Assembly (NCBI GenBank): GCA_965649765.1
Contig: OZ287755.1
Coordinates: 64,170,001-64,234,000, forward strand
DNA from: Bispira polyomma
Taxonomy: Eukaryota
Direction of reading: 5' to 3'
Length of the DNA stretch: 64,000 bases
Below the pieces are notes generated by a model that did no database searches, had not been told where the DNA came from, and saw nothing but the letters and a program-made list of their open reading frames with translations. This document shows, one piece after another, positions 1-13,999 of the stretch. The position numbers were made by a program, and so were the translations under genes. Each line of letters begins with the position of its first letter. The first letter of the stretch is position 1.

Positions 1-2097
1 ACTTCTACCGTCATTAACCAAGTTGTGAATGTGCATTTGCACAAGATCAATCCAGTGTCTAATTTTTGCTACAGTCATCAGGTCATTCCAGATGAGTTGG
101 ATCTTTTCAAAACGAATACTTTGGGTCAGGAGATCGACTGGGTGGAGGAACAGGAAAATGACCCTGTTATTAAAGAAGTAAAGATGAAGCTCTCAGAGAA
201 GCTGAAGGAGAGTGATTTTTCATCCGATGCAAAGTTGCTGTGGAAAGAACAGAGGAATCTTTCAATCGTTGGTAAATTATTAATGGGAACGCGCACTGTC
301 AACGGCGAAAGACACAGACAACTAGTTTTGCCCAAGAAATATCAGCAAGTGGCCTTGGATCATGTACACAACAAGATGGGTCATTTGGGTCGAGATCGTT
401 CGCTGGAATTGCTCAGGGAAAGGTATTTCTGGACAGGGATGCACAAAGCAGTTGTTGAGCATATCACCCATTGTGATAGATGTATAAGAAGAAAGGAACT
501 TCATCCACCTAGAGCACCTTTAGTTAGCACTAAGACTACCCAGCCCATGGAGTTAGTTTGCATGGATTTTCTAAAGCTAGAACCATCGAAGGGAGGAATT
601 GAAAATATCCTGGTCATCACGGATCATTTTACCAAATACTCACAAGCTTATCCCACCAGAAATCAGACAGCAAGGACAACAGCTAAAGTACTTTTTGAAA
701 ATTATTTCGTGCACTATGGATTTCCGAAAAGGTTGCACAGCGATCAAGGAAGAAATTTTGAAAGCAAAACTATTGCTGAATTGTGTAAGTTGGCTGGAAT
801 TGAAAAAAGCAGAACAACTCCTTATCATCCGATGGGAAATGGATTAGCAGAGCATTTCAACTCAACCTTGTTGAACATGATGGGAACTTTGAAACCCACT
901 CAGAAAGCTAATTGGAAAAGTCATCTCGGTTCTCTTGTTCACGCGTATAACTGTACACGTCATGACACCACTGGATATTCTCCATATTTTCTGATGTTTG
1001 GACGTCACCCTAGAATTCCAGTGGATCTTGTGTTAGGCAGAGCAGGAGAGAATACCGACCCCTCTGTGGACCATTATGTGAGTTCTTTGCAGGACCATCT
1101 TAAGAAAGCCTTTGAAGTCGCAAGTTCAGTTTCCCGTAGGAACCAGGGTGATCACAAAAGGAATTATGATCGAAAAGTACGTGGTGCTGTTTTGGAAGTT
1201 GGAGATCGCGTGTTGCTAAGGAATGTTGCGTTTAAAGGTACGCATAAATTAGCTGACAAATGGAGTGAGGAAGTTTATTATGTTTTGGAAAAACCAAACG
1301 ATGACATACCCGTATATAAAGTGAAGTTGCAAAAAGGTCATGGGAAAGTAAAGACCATACATCGAAATTTACTTTTGCCACTCCCAACTAGCGTCAAGGA
1401 TGTTGTAGCAGCGGAGGACAAAAATAGTGAAAACTCACAGGAACATGTTAGTTTTAAGGAGTCCGTTGCTTCGTCGGATGAAGACGACAACACGGAGTCA
1501 AAGCCGTTGGTTCAGTTAGTTCCGAAGCCAGCACCCAGGTTTATTCATCAAACAGGCCAGCCACCGGCAAGGGATGGACCCGTACCTGCACCGAGAAGGG
1601 CAAGACCTCATATTTTAGCAACAGATGACACAACAGCGAGTCATACAAATGCAGTGGAATCAGTAGAAGATGAGAAAGTTAGTGTAGAGACTTTTAGTGA
1701 AAGTGGTGTGGAGGTAGAGACTTTGGATGAAAGTGAAACCAATGTAGAGATTTTAAATGAAAGTGAAACTAATGTAGAGACTTTAAATGAGAGTGATGTG
1801 GATGTCGAGTCAAGTGAAAATGAGGATCAACTTACAGGCTCTGTAGTAGAACCACAATTAAATTCTTCTTTGGGGGGAGAGGAAGTACTATCATCAGCCA
1901 GTAATGACACAGAAGATATGGATGAGACAGCAGAGTCTGAGAGTGTTCAGAACGAGAGACCGGAGCCAAGAAGATCCAGTAGGGTTAAGTCCAAAGCACA
2001 CTTGGATAAGGATTTTGTGTACAATTTTGGACAGACAACTCAGGAGGAGACGGTTATGAAAGTAAATTTTTTGAAGAAAGTGGTTCAGTTATTTTAA
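1..2097 (+). CDS. pol: Ty3/Gypsy LTR-retrotransposon Pol C-terminus (integrase), 5'-truncated by the window edge
   Basis: Frame is open from base 1. HHCC zinc finger (HNKMGH...CDRC), DDE core (VCMDF / LHSDQG / NGLAEHFN), GPY/F-like region (KLADKWSEEVY), acidic tail ending PRRSSRV. Confidence 0.95.
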   Translation, partial: TSTVINQVVNVHLHKINPVSNFCYSHQVIPDELDLFKTNTLGQEIDWVEEQENDPVIKEVKMKLSEKLKESDFSSDAKLLWKEQRNLSIVGKLLMGTRTVNGERHRQLVLPKKYQQVALDHVHNKMGHLGRDRSLELLRERYFWTGMHKAVVEHITHCDRCIRRKELHPPRAPLVSTKTTQPMELVCMDFLKLEPSKGGIENILVITDHFTKYSQAYPTRNQTARTTAKVLFENYFVHYGFPKRLHSDQGRNFESKTIAELCKLAGIEKSRTTPYHPMGNGLAEHFNSTLLNMMGTLKPTQKANWKSHLGSLVHAYNCTRHDTTGYSPYFLMFGRHPRIPVDLVLGRAGENTDPSVDHYVSSLQDHLKKAFEVASSVSRRNQGDHKRNYDRKVRGAVLEVGDRVLLRNVAFKGTHKLADKWSEEVYYVLEKPNDDIPVYKVKLQKGHGKVKTIHRNLLLPLPTSVKDVVAAEDKNSENSQEHVSFKESVASSDEDDNTESKPLVQLVPKPAPRFIHQTGQPPARDGPVPAPRRARPHILATDDTTASHTNAVESVEDEKVSVETFSESGVEVETLDESETNVEILNESETNVETLNESDVDVESSENEDQLTGSVVEPQLNSSLGGEEVLSSASNDTEDMDETAESESVQNERPEPRRSSRVKSKAHLDKDFVYNFGQTTQEETVMKVNFLKKVVQLF

Positions 2098-2378
2098 GGT
2101 ATTAGATTCTTTTGAATTGGAATGGTTGGAAAACCCAATCATGATTTTGTCGGAACATTTTGTGTGACCTTGCTGATTAAGTGCTGGTTTTTGACGTAAT
2201 TTGTTTCACTGTAATGTTTTTATTTTATTTGTTATTTTTTTTTTCTCAGATTGAGAGACAACTGAAGCAGGAATAGGCTAAGGAGAAAAAAATACTTTTT
2301 CTCAGAATTGAATGTTTTGGAATTATCATGTCAATTAGTCATGGTATTGAGGCAAATGTCAGGATGACATTTCCCGAC

Positions 2379-3482
2379 GGAGGGAAATATGTCACAGTGT
2401 GATTCACGGCAATGTAGCTTCCGGGGGCTGACAGCCGATAATTTGATTTAAACAGCTTTTATATTTGCGGTTAGTAAAATGAGAGATAGTTTAGCGGATA
2501 GCTTTTCCGTAAATTATGAAAAAGGGCGGTTTTTGCCATTGTCTTTAAACCATTGGTTGAGTATGGACGTGCTGCTGCCAAGCCCAAGTTATTGGAATGT
2601 CATGATTGTTTGTTAATGTGACTTGTGATGTAGAAAGGGGTTTGTTTATTAAACCAGGATTGTTTGCAGGTTTGTTATGATTCGAAATGAGTGTGTGTGA
2701 TTGTTAGAATGACTGAGTAATGTAGTCAGTTCATACTTTATAAATTATCCTTTTTACCTTTTATATCTTAGTACAGTAATAACCTGTTTATCAGTAATGT
2801 CTAAAATCAAGTAAATCATTATTTATGTATTGTATATATGCTATAGATAGAGAGTTGTTATTAACTAATATAATTGCTCAAGTACTAATTATAGATTATA
2901 GGTTATAGATTTATATGCAAGTAGATTAATTTAGTACTGTAATGTAGTCCTGATATAATAGCTAGATTGCGATAATTTGTATTACTCAGGTCATTTTAGA
3001 ATGTAGTGTGTAGTTGTCATATCGTAGGTTTTATTTATTTTAATTATCGTTGATTAGTATTTTGATTCGGTCACATTTAGTGGTTCGAATATTACATTGT
3101 TTATTACAGTTTAACTTAGTATGAAATATAAATTCAGATTATACCTTTTATTTAATCTTAATTTATTTACATAATAGTTATTGAAATATGTTAGTTCAAT
3201 TTACTGTGATATGTAAAATTAGTGATAGTTATTTATTTAGATTTATACTGGGACTGTTGATCATTTAGATGAGGCATTTCCAAATACTTTATTGTAACTT
3301 TCAGGTGTTGTTTACAGTTTTGAAACCTGAAGTCGTGTTGTGTGAAGTGCTGACCTACGAGTCACGGTATGTAGATAAGAATAAAGGTTTTTAGTTAAGC
3401 TGCATGTTGTTTCTACTCCACTGACATCTCGTCCCCTGGAAAGTCCGCGGTTCCGGTCACCCTGGGTTGGTGCGGGGCGATA
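2379..3482 (+). mobile_element. Gypsy polypurine tract (~2379-2388) and 3' LTR (~2390-3482)
   Basis: Hairpin aaatgtc..gacattt, then GGAGGGAAA, then TGTCAC at 2390. AATAAA at 3380. Probable degenerate end ...GGCGATA at 3482, after which sequence matching the duplicated host block resumes (agcagataatctgc, cf. ~11502). Confidence 0.75.
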
Positions 3483-3569
3483 AGCAGATAATCTGCAAAG
3501 TAATAAGATGCAAATATTACACGTTTACTACATTTTTGGCGTATAGTAATTGGCACCTGATAATATTTT

Positions 3570-5690
3570 ATGAAGTGTTGAAAGGACCGAGCATTGCGCC
3601 AAGTTTGCATTCCTCTTTCATGTATAAGTCTACATGGCTAGGATTTTTCTCAACAGATTTTTTTCCGTTGGATTCTGTTTGAATTTTTTGAGATACATCC
3701 AGGGGTAAACCATATTTAATGAAAAGAGGCAATTGCCAGTCCCAGTATGATTTTAGATATTTTCCCCATTTGTCTGGTCTGAGCTGTTAATAACCAAGGA
3801 TTTGTAATCCACTGTAGTGAAATCTACCATTAGCTCAAAGTTTCTTATGCATTTCAATGATGGTCAGTTACTTTACTTCCTGCGTTGGTCTTCAATCTCG
3901 TTTCCCAAGGATGAGAGGGGTGTGAAGCCATAAGCATAATCACTTTGTTTTTGCCATTCTTTATATGTCTCATTCGAGGCCGCTTTTTGTAGCAATTGTG
4001 CTTTATTCTGGTTTTGCTTTAACGCCCAAGAGTATTTATCCAAACTGTCAATATTGTCAGTCACACCTTCAGTGGGGGCCTGTGCTAGTGCCGAGAACCT
4101 ATTGTTTACCAAGAGGTTATAATCCCTGCCATTGTTATGGTTCACTTCGCCCCCAGTCAATGTTAGATTTTTGACACATTTGTATCCACACCTCCCTCTG
4201 TTCGAATTGGGTTTTGCATCACAATAGGTGTGACATGTTTTACTTTTTCTTGAGTACAAGTGCAAACCACTCTGCCAACATTTGTTTTGACACTAATTTT
4301 GTCTTTTGTACTTTTTTGTTTGTGAAAGCCACGTTATGTAAAGTTATTCTGGTTCCCACCTTTGGCAAGAACTTCCACCTTTTCTGTACATTGGATATCA
4401 GGTGCAAACATTTCTACTACTAGTGCTTTTTACCACCTCACTATAACTAACATTTGGTCTTCTGAGCTTTAAATATTTTGAAATCTGTCCTGTAGACAGT
4501 TCTACCCATAACATTACAATTTCCACTATTTGTGCCCCCTAGTTTTTTACTGATTTTTTTGTGCACACATTTGTCCTATGGTTACCATCACATGTTTCCC
4601 AAGTGTGTCTGTATAATTGACCCCCTGTGTTATGGAAAGAACCTGCAAGTATTATAGCTCTTTTTGTAGCTACCCTTTTTCACATTAGATGTTGTGCATG
4701 AGCCCTATGTATTCTGTCGACTTTTTCGACCATCTCCGAGTTTGTAAGCACAACAGCATGATATACCTTAGCTGCCAGCCATGAAAAATCCTGGGCGTTT
4801 TCCATGAGACCACCCTTGTAATCGAGCATGGCATTTTTGATTTCTAGCGATTTCTCCTCGTGAGCGATTCTAGTAAAGCCACAAACCCACTGTATTAAGG
4901 TGAGTTCATCATAGCTAGGTCCCGTTACCCATTCTACCAACTTTTTGACAATCACATCATTTTCCCACTTCTCTGTGACTTAAGTTTATCTTAAGAGGGG
5001 GTCTCATTAAGGGATTTCAGATCCTTGAGCCTTTTGCTCTATTTGTAATTAAATCTGGGCATTATCTCTCAATAATTGGGCACTAGGTATAACTGAGTCT
5101 TGGCCTGAACCTGAAGGGCTTTTACCACCGTCAACAGAAGCTGTACTAGCCGTATTACTAGAAAGAACGGTCTCACTTGCCTGTTTACTGGTGAGGTTTG
5201 AAGCCATGGACACGGCCTTGTTTGGCTGGATCAACGGGTCCTCCTAACTGGAGCCAGCATGGGCCTCATCCTCTGAAACATCAATAACAGCCGAACAATT
5301 TCTACCAACAGGCCGTTCATGTTTCTGTAAACATTTCAGACAAAAAACTATCTTGATACCTGGCATAACTAGAGCGTGCAGTTAAAATACTAAAATAATG
5401 TAAAATATATAAAACACATTTAAAACACAACTCTTTTGTCACCCAAAGTACTACAATTTTTTGAAAATACTACTTCTGTTGATGAAACGGTAAAAAGGCG
5501 GGAAAATTTGATAGGGGGACGGCTTATATAGCCATCCTTCCCATAATGATCAGACTGGTACCCCAGAACTGAGGCCGAGAACGCTGGGTGCGTTTGCTTG
5601 CAATCTTTCAGAGAAATCCAGAAGTCAGTCCTGAGGCCTTTACTTTGTACCACTGATTAACATTCCCTCAAGACAGTCATTAATAATCAC
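3570..5690 (-). mobile_element. Degenerate YR (DIRS-order) retrotransposon remnant: 5' region, gag (ATG 5366 to stop 4539) and start of pol
   Basis: Minus-strand translations match the element at 54-59 kb: MPGIKIVFCLKCLQKHERPVGRNC; QWVCGF..MENAQDFSWLAAKVYHAVVL..VDRIHRAHAQ; NNRFSAL..DKY..YGFTPL; YWDWQLPLFIKYGLPLD..KEECKLGAMLGPF. Multiple stops and frameshifts. Confidence 0.9.
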
Positions 5691-6029
5691 AACGTTAACA
5701 CCACTATATATTGTTTAACATTATTTGTAACACCAAAAATTCAGATGAATAACAGTTTGCCACTTGACTCGTAAGTTTTGTTGGGTGTATAACATCAGTA
5801 AAAATCTAGTAGTAATCCTATCTCCTAATGAAGAAAATTTAAAAAGTGAAACATATTGTACACGATCAAATGCTTGTGTTGCATCAAGTAGAAGGCAATA
5901 TACATTACTATTATGGTTACTACAATACTGAACAGTTTCTTATAGAACAAAAGTACACTTAACTGTAGATTCTCTACTTTTAAAACTAAAGTGTAAATCA
6001 CAAGCGTTCAGAGCATTACATATTATTTC

Positions 6030-6260
6030 AAAGATGGCGGCGCCCTTTTTAGAATGAAAACAACCAAGCACTTTGATCTTCTTCTGCTTCTGCAGTTTGC
6101 AACCCTTTTTGCCCTGAATTTTATTTCATAGAAAAGCTTTATGGGGAATTGTAATAAATTGATATTTGATGTTTGGATATATTCACTTTATATTTACTGC
6201 AGGCTTTCTTTGGATTTTTTGTGTTTTTTATTTAGGAGCTTTGGGGTCCCAAAATATCTA
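6030..6260 (+). repeat. Dispersed repeat fragment (AAGATGGCGGCGCCCTTTTT family), possibly Helitron/Helentron-derived
   Basis: aagatggcggcgccctttt..aaaacaac recurs at ~51126. The downstream part (cactttgatc...gggtccc) is shared with the copies at ~8840, ~13630, ~17290 and ~26370, which end in a palindrome followed by CTTGT. Confidence 0.5.
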
Positions 6261-6677
6261 AATATCTACGTGAATGTGGTGTAGTAATATTGAATTAGAT
6301 ATTAAAAAGTAAAAGTTAAAACTTATCAAAATGTGTATATTCAAGCATGTACATTTGTATATGCATTTTTTATAAACTCAACATTAATATTGTTAGTATA
6401 TTATTTTGTGAAAGTGTTTTGCAATATTATTGTCTAGCAATACAGTACATTGGAACTTAGCGCTGCTCCCAGGAAGTCTGTCCATCAGTGAAGCTGGAAT
6501 ATTTAAGTCATATTTGTCCAGGTTCCACATTAACAAGATTCAGTGTCACCATCAGGACATTTTTGGTCATTGTTTAAAGTATAGACTTTTAAGGGACTTT
6601 CTATGGCACAATCGCGACTATTTGTAAATTTTTCAAAATCAGTACCTTTACATATTAGATCCAGTTCTAGCCTACCC

Positions 6678-6927
6678 TCGGGGCCGAAGTGGCCTAGTGG
6701 TCAGCAAGCATTGCGCTTCAAAATCACTGGTCTCTCACCTCTGGGCGGCGTGAGTTCGAATCCCATTGATGCCTATGTGGGAAAGGTGGTAGTTCCTTAC
6801 TGTGGGCCGTTGGTTTCAGTGCAGAACCTTGATCAACTGTATGCAGTGTTTCCTCCAGCGCTCCAACTACCCGTCCCAATATAGCCTAAACACGTACTGG
6901 AGTGGACATTAAATATTCCAATTCAAA
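6678..6927 (+). mobile_element. tRNA-derived SINE
   Basis: A box TGGCCTAGTGG, B box GAGTTCGAATCCC, long variable-arm-like segment, central body, AT-rich tail. Related bodies occur elsewhere in the window. Confidence 0.8.
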
Positions 6928-9900
6928 TTTTAGTCTACGCTCAGCCACAGTCATATTTCTTTATGGATTACTGACCATTTTATATCCCTTAATTTTCTAT
7001 TTTTATTTAAAGACTTGACTTTTAGTGCACTCTGTCCTTGTGTTTTAGCCCAATATAGTGCTTGCAAAGGCCTAGATTATTACAATAAACGGTTTTTGAA
7101 GTCGACTATACCTAAAAACAAAGTTTATACTATAATACTGAATATAATTTATTTTAACTGAGCATATAGTTTATTGCAGTAACTGGTTGCAATTGCTTTT
7201 ACCTAAATAACTAGAGTAATTATTTTCTTTTTCATCAGCTATGTAGCATAACTGTTCTAGATCCCACGCTTTCAGGGATTACACATAACTAATTTAACTA
7301 TTTGATCCTAGTTGATAAGTGGTAAATCCATGCTTTCAGGATGCTTTTCTTCAATACTATATTGAATATACAATACTATATTGAATATACAATGGGCTTT
7401 AGACACTACGATTTCTGTTAGATATGGTTTATTTTTGCTAGAAACTATCTCTCTGCAAGAATAGAAGATGCCTGCTAGTAGTGATCCTAATAAATGACAT
7501 CTTACTTAATAATCAGAGGTTTTTGCTGTTGTAGTTTTGTCACTTTTTGCCAACTATAATTGTTAGTTTTGAAACTTATTTTACAAATGTTCAAAAAATT
7601 TCATTATACTTTTCACAACAAGAATTGGGGTATTGGGTTATGGCTTTGATTTCTTTCACTGAGAACAAACAAATTTCCGATATCCACTAATGAAGCAGTC
7701 TTTTGTTTTCTAATTATGATTGCTTGGACCATTTTATCAAAAAACGACTGCACAAAACAATCTCTTTATAACATTTTTATGCTTTCGAGATTGCCACAAA
7801 AAACAATTTCATTTGAGTTCTGGCACATGTAATTGGATTAGTCCACCGTCCGCAACAGAAAGACAGAAGAAACGTCAAGTCCTTTGTTAGTGTAAATTAT
7901 TTAACAAAGGGACACGTCCCCCATTGTGAAAATTACAAGACTACAAAAATCAACACAGAATAGGGTGAAAACCCCTCTTTTCCCTCATATTCCCTTGACT
8001 TTGTTATTTTCTGAGAACGTATTTACAAATGAACCCACTTAGTTTATCTGCAACAAAAATATAATGGTGCGTTTTAAAATAACACTTTAACGAGTAGCTT
8101 TAACTAGTGATTTCTGTGACATGAATATGGAAAATGCAGTATTGTTAGGTTTGAAAAATTCATTACTTTTTTGTGTGGCTGACGTGTCAAAGTACCACAA
8201 GTTAAGTCGTTACTTAAAACCCAAACCCAAATGTTCTTTACTTTGAATTGAGCAATGTTTACAGATGCTCAATGCTTAATGTTCAATGCGTTTTTAATTG
8301 AATTGAGTACATGTTTGGTTTCTCATTGTTTCTTCCTATATATTATTACTACAGTCAAAATGTAGACATTTTGTTCTGTTAAGTAATCACTTATACATCC
8401 AGATTAGTTCAGCAGCATTAAGTTATAACTGCAGTCCTAAATTAGTTTAGATAACTATTAACTGTTGTAAAACAGAAAATTATACACCGATTGAATATCA
8501 AACCAGATATTTCTAAAATGTATATTCATGCAGTTATAAAATAACTATTACTAGTATACAGTTACCTTAAAGTTGGTTTTATTGAAGTTATGATAAACTG
8601 GGCCTAAATTAGTGCAGAAATCACGTTCAAAACCCAAAAGAGGGGAAGATCTGTTGTTACCATATCTTTAACTATTGACGAAAAGCGCCTTTGTTCAATG
8701 AAAATAATATAATTGTTATTCAAGTTTGATCCACTGTTTGAGGTGCCATAAAGAAAAAAATGTAAATCCTATTGAAAGGCGTGTTCATTTGGTAAGTAAG
8801 AAATAAAGCTTGAACTCCAAAAGCATTAAAATTGAGAAAAACAGAATCAAGATTTTGCTAGAGTTTGTCTCCTTTTTGTGGCCCTGAATTGTTTTTTATC
8901 AAAAATGTTTTGAGGAAAGTGCAATAAATTAATTCTTACACTTGAGTTGATGTTTAGGAATAATCACCTTATATTTTTCTGCAAGCTGTTTTTGGGAGAT
9001 TTTTTGTGTCTTTTTTTAGAAGCCTTAGGGTCCCATATCTGTCACTGCAGTGGCTTGTAACAATGCTTTAACTTCACATCTATTACATTACTACAATTTA
9101 GCCGTTGGAGAAATGATAAAAACTGCAACCAAATAATGTTTATGTTTAAATGATTTGTCATTTTTGAGACCTCTGTATATATCCTATAGTAATCTGGCCT
9201 TAAATGTTAAAAATAGGTTGTTACATGTAATGCCACGGTCCCACTGAATCTAGGTTTATTTATGTTAATCACGTAAGGGTCTTGCAGATATTCGATGTAA
9301 AACTCCATGTAAAAGATAATTAGCCCTTTTAATTTACACAAAAACAACAAATGTTGTGAAAACATGCATAAGGTCGCAGCCTATGCGAATAGTCATGTTG
9401 AATTTTACGCTGACTGTCGCTTAGATATGTGAGGAGATGCATTATTTCACGTTACAGCTTGTAAGAACATGCAAACCATGTTATGGTTTACATGAAAATT
9501 CACGATAAGATACACAAACTGTCGTTAGTCATGTTTGCAGCAGTGTGTGGACTTAATTTTCCATGTATTTCTACACTACATTTTGTGTATTATGCACAGT
9601 CACACACAATTATGTATCATTATGTTAGACTACACCACATTTCCTAACAGTCATGCAAATATTACCGTTCAACCACTCTTGTATAGTTTGCTTGTCCAAA
9701 TATTTAAATTATTTGCAATTGACACTTACTTTTCTCTCACACCGGGTTGTGTTCTTGTACCTTTTTTTATGTTAACCCCTGCAAACACCATGTAAACCCT
9801 ATGCAATATTCTTAAATGACTGCCAGCGTTGAAACCCAACGATATGTGTACCTCCATTTTAAAAACTCAACAAGTTAATTAATATTGTGAGTATAATATT

Positions 9901-11539
9901 TCTGTTAATAATTTTGTATTATTATTGTAAAGTAATAAAAAATACACCTATCGTGCGCATTACACATGCATACCCGACCTCTCCATCCTCCCCCCAGGCG
10001 GCCTTTCCATCCATAAAGATAGCAAGTTTAGGTCCTTTTTGTAATATTAGAACATTTTCTTAAGCATGCACATACAGATTAAGCATTGAACCCGTTAAAA
10101 ACTATTGTGTTGTAACCATGATTATGTTTCAACCACAGTATATTGTTGCAAGATTTTAAGATTCATAGATTTATGATGATGGCAGTTATACTTATTCTTT
10201 TAAATGAGTACCTCTCTGTGACCTTCTGTAGACCAATAGCTGCTGTTTGTAAAGTAATTGTTGCTTATAACTGTTCGATATCCGTTGATAGCTTTTAAAT
10301 TCTTTACCTTTACATATTAGATGCAGTACCCCTGTTACCTCCATCAGAAAACACCTGCAAAATCACATATCTGCATCGGTCTACCCTAGTTCACCCTTCC
10401 CTCATCATAACACATCAGTAGAGAGGAGCATTGTAATTGCTATATGACAGCTGTACAAACTGTGAACAAGACAATAATGTTATAGAGAATGAGGATAAAC
10501 ACATACCTAGGACTTAGTTAAGTTATTTTCTGTACGTTGTCTACTGGTTGCTGTGGATTTAATTTACTAAAGGCCAATCCCCCTCATTAAACAGATTACT
10601 ATCGATGTATATTATCTATTCATATATTTGACTATTTCCCATGGAAAACAGAGGCATGGATAACAAGAAATACTGAAGAATATCCTAATGATCGCTGCAC
10701 GATCACCACAAAAACAGCAAGTTTATCTAAAATTTTGTCGATTTACTACAATAGTTAATCAAAATTTTAAAACAGTTACAGCATTATGATTTACTGGGAT
10801 GGACTTCCATCCAAGGTGAAAATGGATTTACTACGGATCACCATGAATCTCCATTTATGTTCTTCTGTAGATCTGTATATCACATTTACATTTAGGTCTG
10901 ATTGTCTTGTGTTTCTGACCTAGGCATCAGCAGATTTGGCTTCATCATACAGAAACAAGCTTACAGCAAAGTTTTACGTTTTTGATAAAAAGATAGCAAA
11001 ATGACATAATAATTATTTAATAGTTCATCTAAAAAAAACTCAAATTTTATAATTTAAGATTATTCTTAAACACTTAAATTCAAACGACTTTGGTACTGCG
11101 TTCCGACAATAATGCTATAACGATATGTGTTCCTTTGTTTTCAAATTTAGAGTCCTATAAAATGTCAAATGATCCATGTAAAGTCTTAGTTTGAGCTTTA
11201 GATGTTGAGAGTTAGCAAAAGTAGCAGAATCTTGTGGTGTTGAGACCAGGGATTTTTTAGGAGCAAGGCAAGACTTTAAATGACTTTGACTGTTGTGTTA
11301 AATGTATTAAGGAGATCCGACAATTGCCAACATCATATACCTAAAAATCTCTGAAATGACATATCTGAAATGAGAAATGTGTTCATATCATGCTGACTTT
11401 TTGTATGTTTTATTGACATTTGTGAATCTCACCCAAAGGTCAATGTAGATGGTTCTCCATGATGGATAGTTTAAGAACAGGGAGATGGTTTTATTGCATT
11501 TAGCAGATAATCTGCAGAAGTAATAGGATGCAAATATAA

Positions 11540-11895
11540 TGTAAATGTAAATGTGTGTAGGTTTATAGTCTGAGATCACCTCTATTAAGGTCTCAGCTAA
11601 CTTTACAGTTCACACCCCAACCTGGGTTCTTCAACTTGTCAACTATTGTTAAGTCTCAGTTCCCTCAGGAAACATACTAGCCATGCTGACACATATAGCG
11701 CACAAAGATTAACACCCACTAGCAGCCACTAGCAGCCAGGTACACATTTATACACCTGGGTAGAGAGGGACAACTTTGTGTAAAGCACGTTGTCCAAGTA
11801 TACAATTTCCAGGCCTGCAGCGAGGATTGAACCTGGGCTCTCAAGATCCTTGAGATACAAAGTCCAACACTTTAACCACCAGGCCACAGAGACCA
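11540..11895 (-). mobile_element. tRNA-derived SINE inserted into one copy of the duplicated block
   Basis: Minus-strand A box GTGGCCTGGTGGTTA and B box GGTTCAATCC, short tandem tail (atgtaa)n. Absent from the paralogous position near 16115. Confidence 0.8.
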
Positions 11896-13999
11896 CATAA
11901 TATCCCTCATATATATTCCTGGTTTTGCACCTACTGATATTATATTAATGACAGAAATCTAAAATTCCAAACCTGTATCTGTAGCATGTATAAAACATCT
12001 ATTATATCTTTTAAAGGCAGTTTTATTTTGTATTCTTAATCAGAAAGACTATTATTATACCTTAAATACATGTAGAAATACAAAATATTGAATATTACTA
12101 TCCTGGATGTTCCTTGCATTAGGGATTTAATGGTCACATGAGAAAAGGAAACAGAGATACTTAAGTGTCTTTTTGATTGTTTTGATACAAAATATCAGAG
12201 TGTGCAAAAAGGTCAGAAATGTCCCCAACCTCATATCAATCTCTTTTACAGAAAAAAAACAAACCTTCATATTTACTGCTTTGAATACCACGACTCTACA
12301 ATGTAGTATCAATGGAAATGTTAATAAAATAAAGCAAAAAAGATAGACATCTACATTTCTTTGTTGACTAAAACCTATCTCTCGCCAGATTAAATGGTGT
12401 AAAAAACCAGTTCTAAATCACTGAAACCAGTTCTAAATCACTGTAAACCATCCCTATGACCATTATCTAACAAAATCACACACATGAAGGAACAGTATTT
12501 AAACCCACATTAGTGAAAAATCAGTGATAATTAGCAAGCGTTGTTAACCAATAAGCCACCACTGCCATCGCAAGAACAGAAAAGGTCTACTAGTAGAGAT
12601 CCTACTAAATTATATTTTAATCAATAGCCAGATGTTTTCCAAGTTTATTTTTAGTAAATATAATAAAAATGGCCACCTGTAGGGAAAGGAAAACTTCATT
12701 GCTTACGATGTAGTTTCACAGTTTTATTGAACTTTTAGAAAGCTAACTTTATAGTCACAAATAAGGTGTATTCATGTTTTAATATATGTTACCTCTTTAC
12801 AGAGTAATATAACATACATGCTTTGGGGTTTTCATGCATCTGTAATCGGTTATGGATTACATAATGTGTAAGTACATATGAAATTGATCTTAAATATATA
12901 CAAAATGTCTTCATAAACTTCGCAATAAGAAGTGGGGCATTCAGTTATGGCTTTGATTTCTAGAACAAACAGATTTTCCATATCCACTAATGATCCACCC
13001 TTTTTAATTATGATTACTTGGCCCATTTTATCAAAACACGACTGCAAAAAGCAATCCTTTCAAATCACATTTGCTTTTAAGATTGCCATGTTTTCAGTCT
13101 GCCTGTTTGATTGAATTTAGTACATGTTTGAGTTCGGCTTTTTCTTTTTTTTCGACATTTTACTTTATTAACTAATCACTTATATGTCAAGATTAGTTTG
13201 GTAACATTAAGTTATAACTACAGTTCAATGTTAGTTTAGATAAATATTGATTGTTGCAAAATAGAAAATTTAAGCAAACAAACACTAGATGAGTATCATA
13301 CCAAACTTTTGTAGAATAGATATTCGTGCACTCACAATATGACTATTACCAGTACAGAGTTACTTTGAATTTGGTTTTATTGAACTCAAGTATAATTAGG
13401 CCTAATTAGGTATAATTGAACCACAAACCACTTTCATTACCAGAAATTATTGACAAAATGAGCTTTGAAAATAAAATTGAAAAATTGCTTTGAAAATAAA
13501 TAGTAATTAAAATTTGTCCACAGTTTTTATGTGCACAAGGATATATATAAATCACCTTGGAAGGCGTGTTCACTTAGCGAGTAGGAAATAAAGTTTATAG
13601 GACTATGTTTCAAAAGCATAAAAATAGAGAGCAACACAAACACTTTAATCAAGTACAGTTACTGTTCGTCTAATGTTTGTGGCCCTGCATTGTGTTTTAT
13701 TGAAAAGGTTTTGAGGAGATTGCAATAAATTCATTTTAAAATTTGAATTGATATTTGGAAATAATCACTTTATATTTTACTGCAGGCTGTTTTTGGAAGA
13801 ATTTTTGTGTCATCCTTTAGGAGTATCAGGGTCCCATATTTGTCACTGCAGTGGCTTGTAACAATGCTTTAACTTCACATCTATTACATTACTACAATTT
13901 AGCCGTTGGAGAAATGATAAAAACTGGCACACCAAGTAATGATTATGTTCAAATGATTTGTTATTTTTAAGACCTATATATATATATATATATTAAAAT

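Noticed and set aside
6678-6770. Possible tRNA gene
   Set aside because: The acceptor stem does not close convincingly and the sequence continues into a SINE body found elsewhere in the window.
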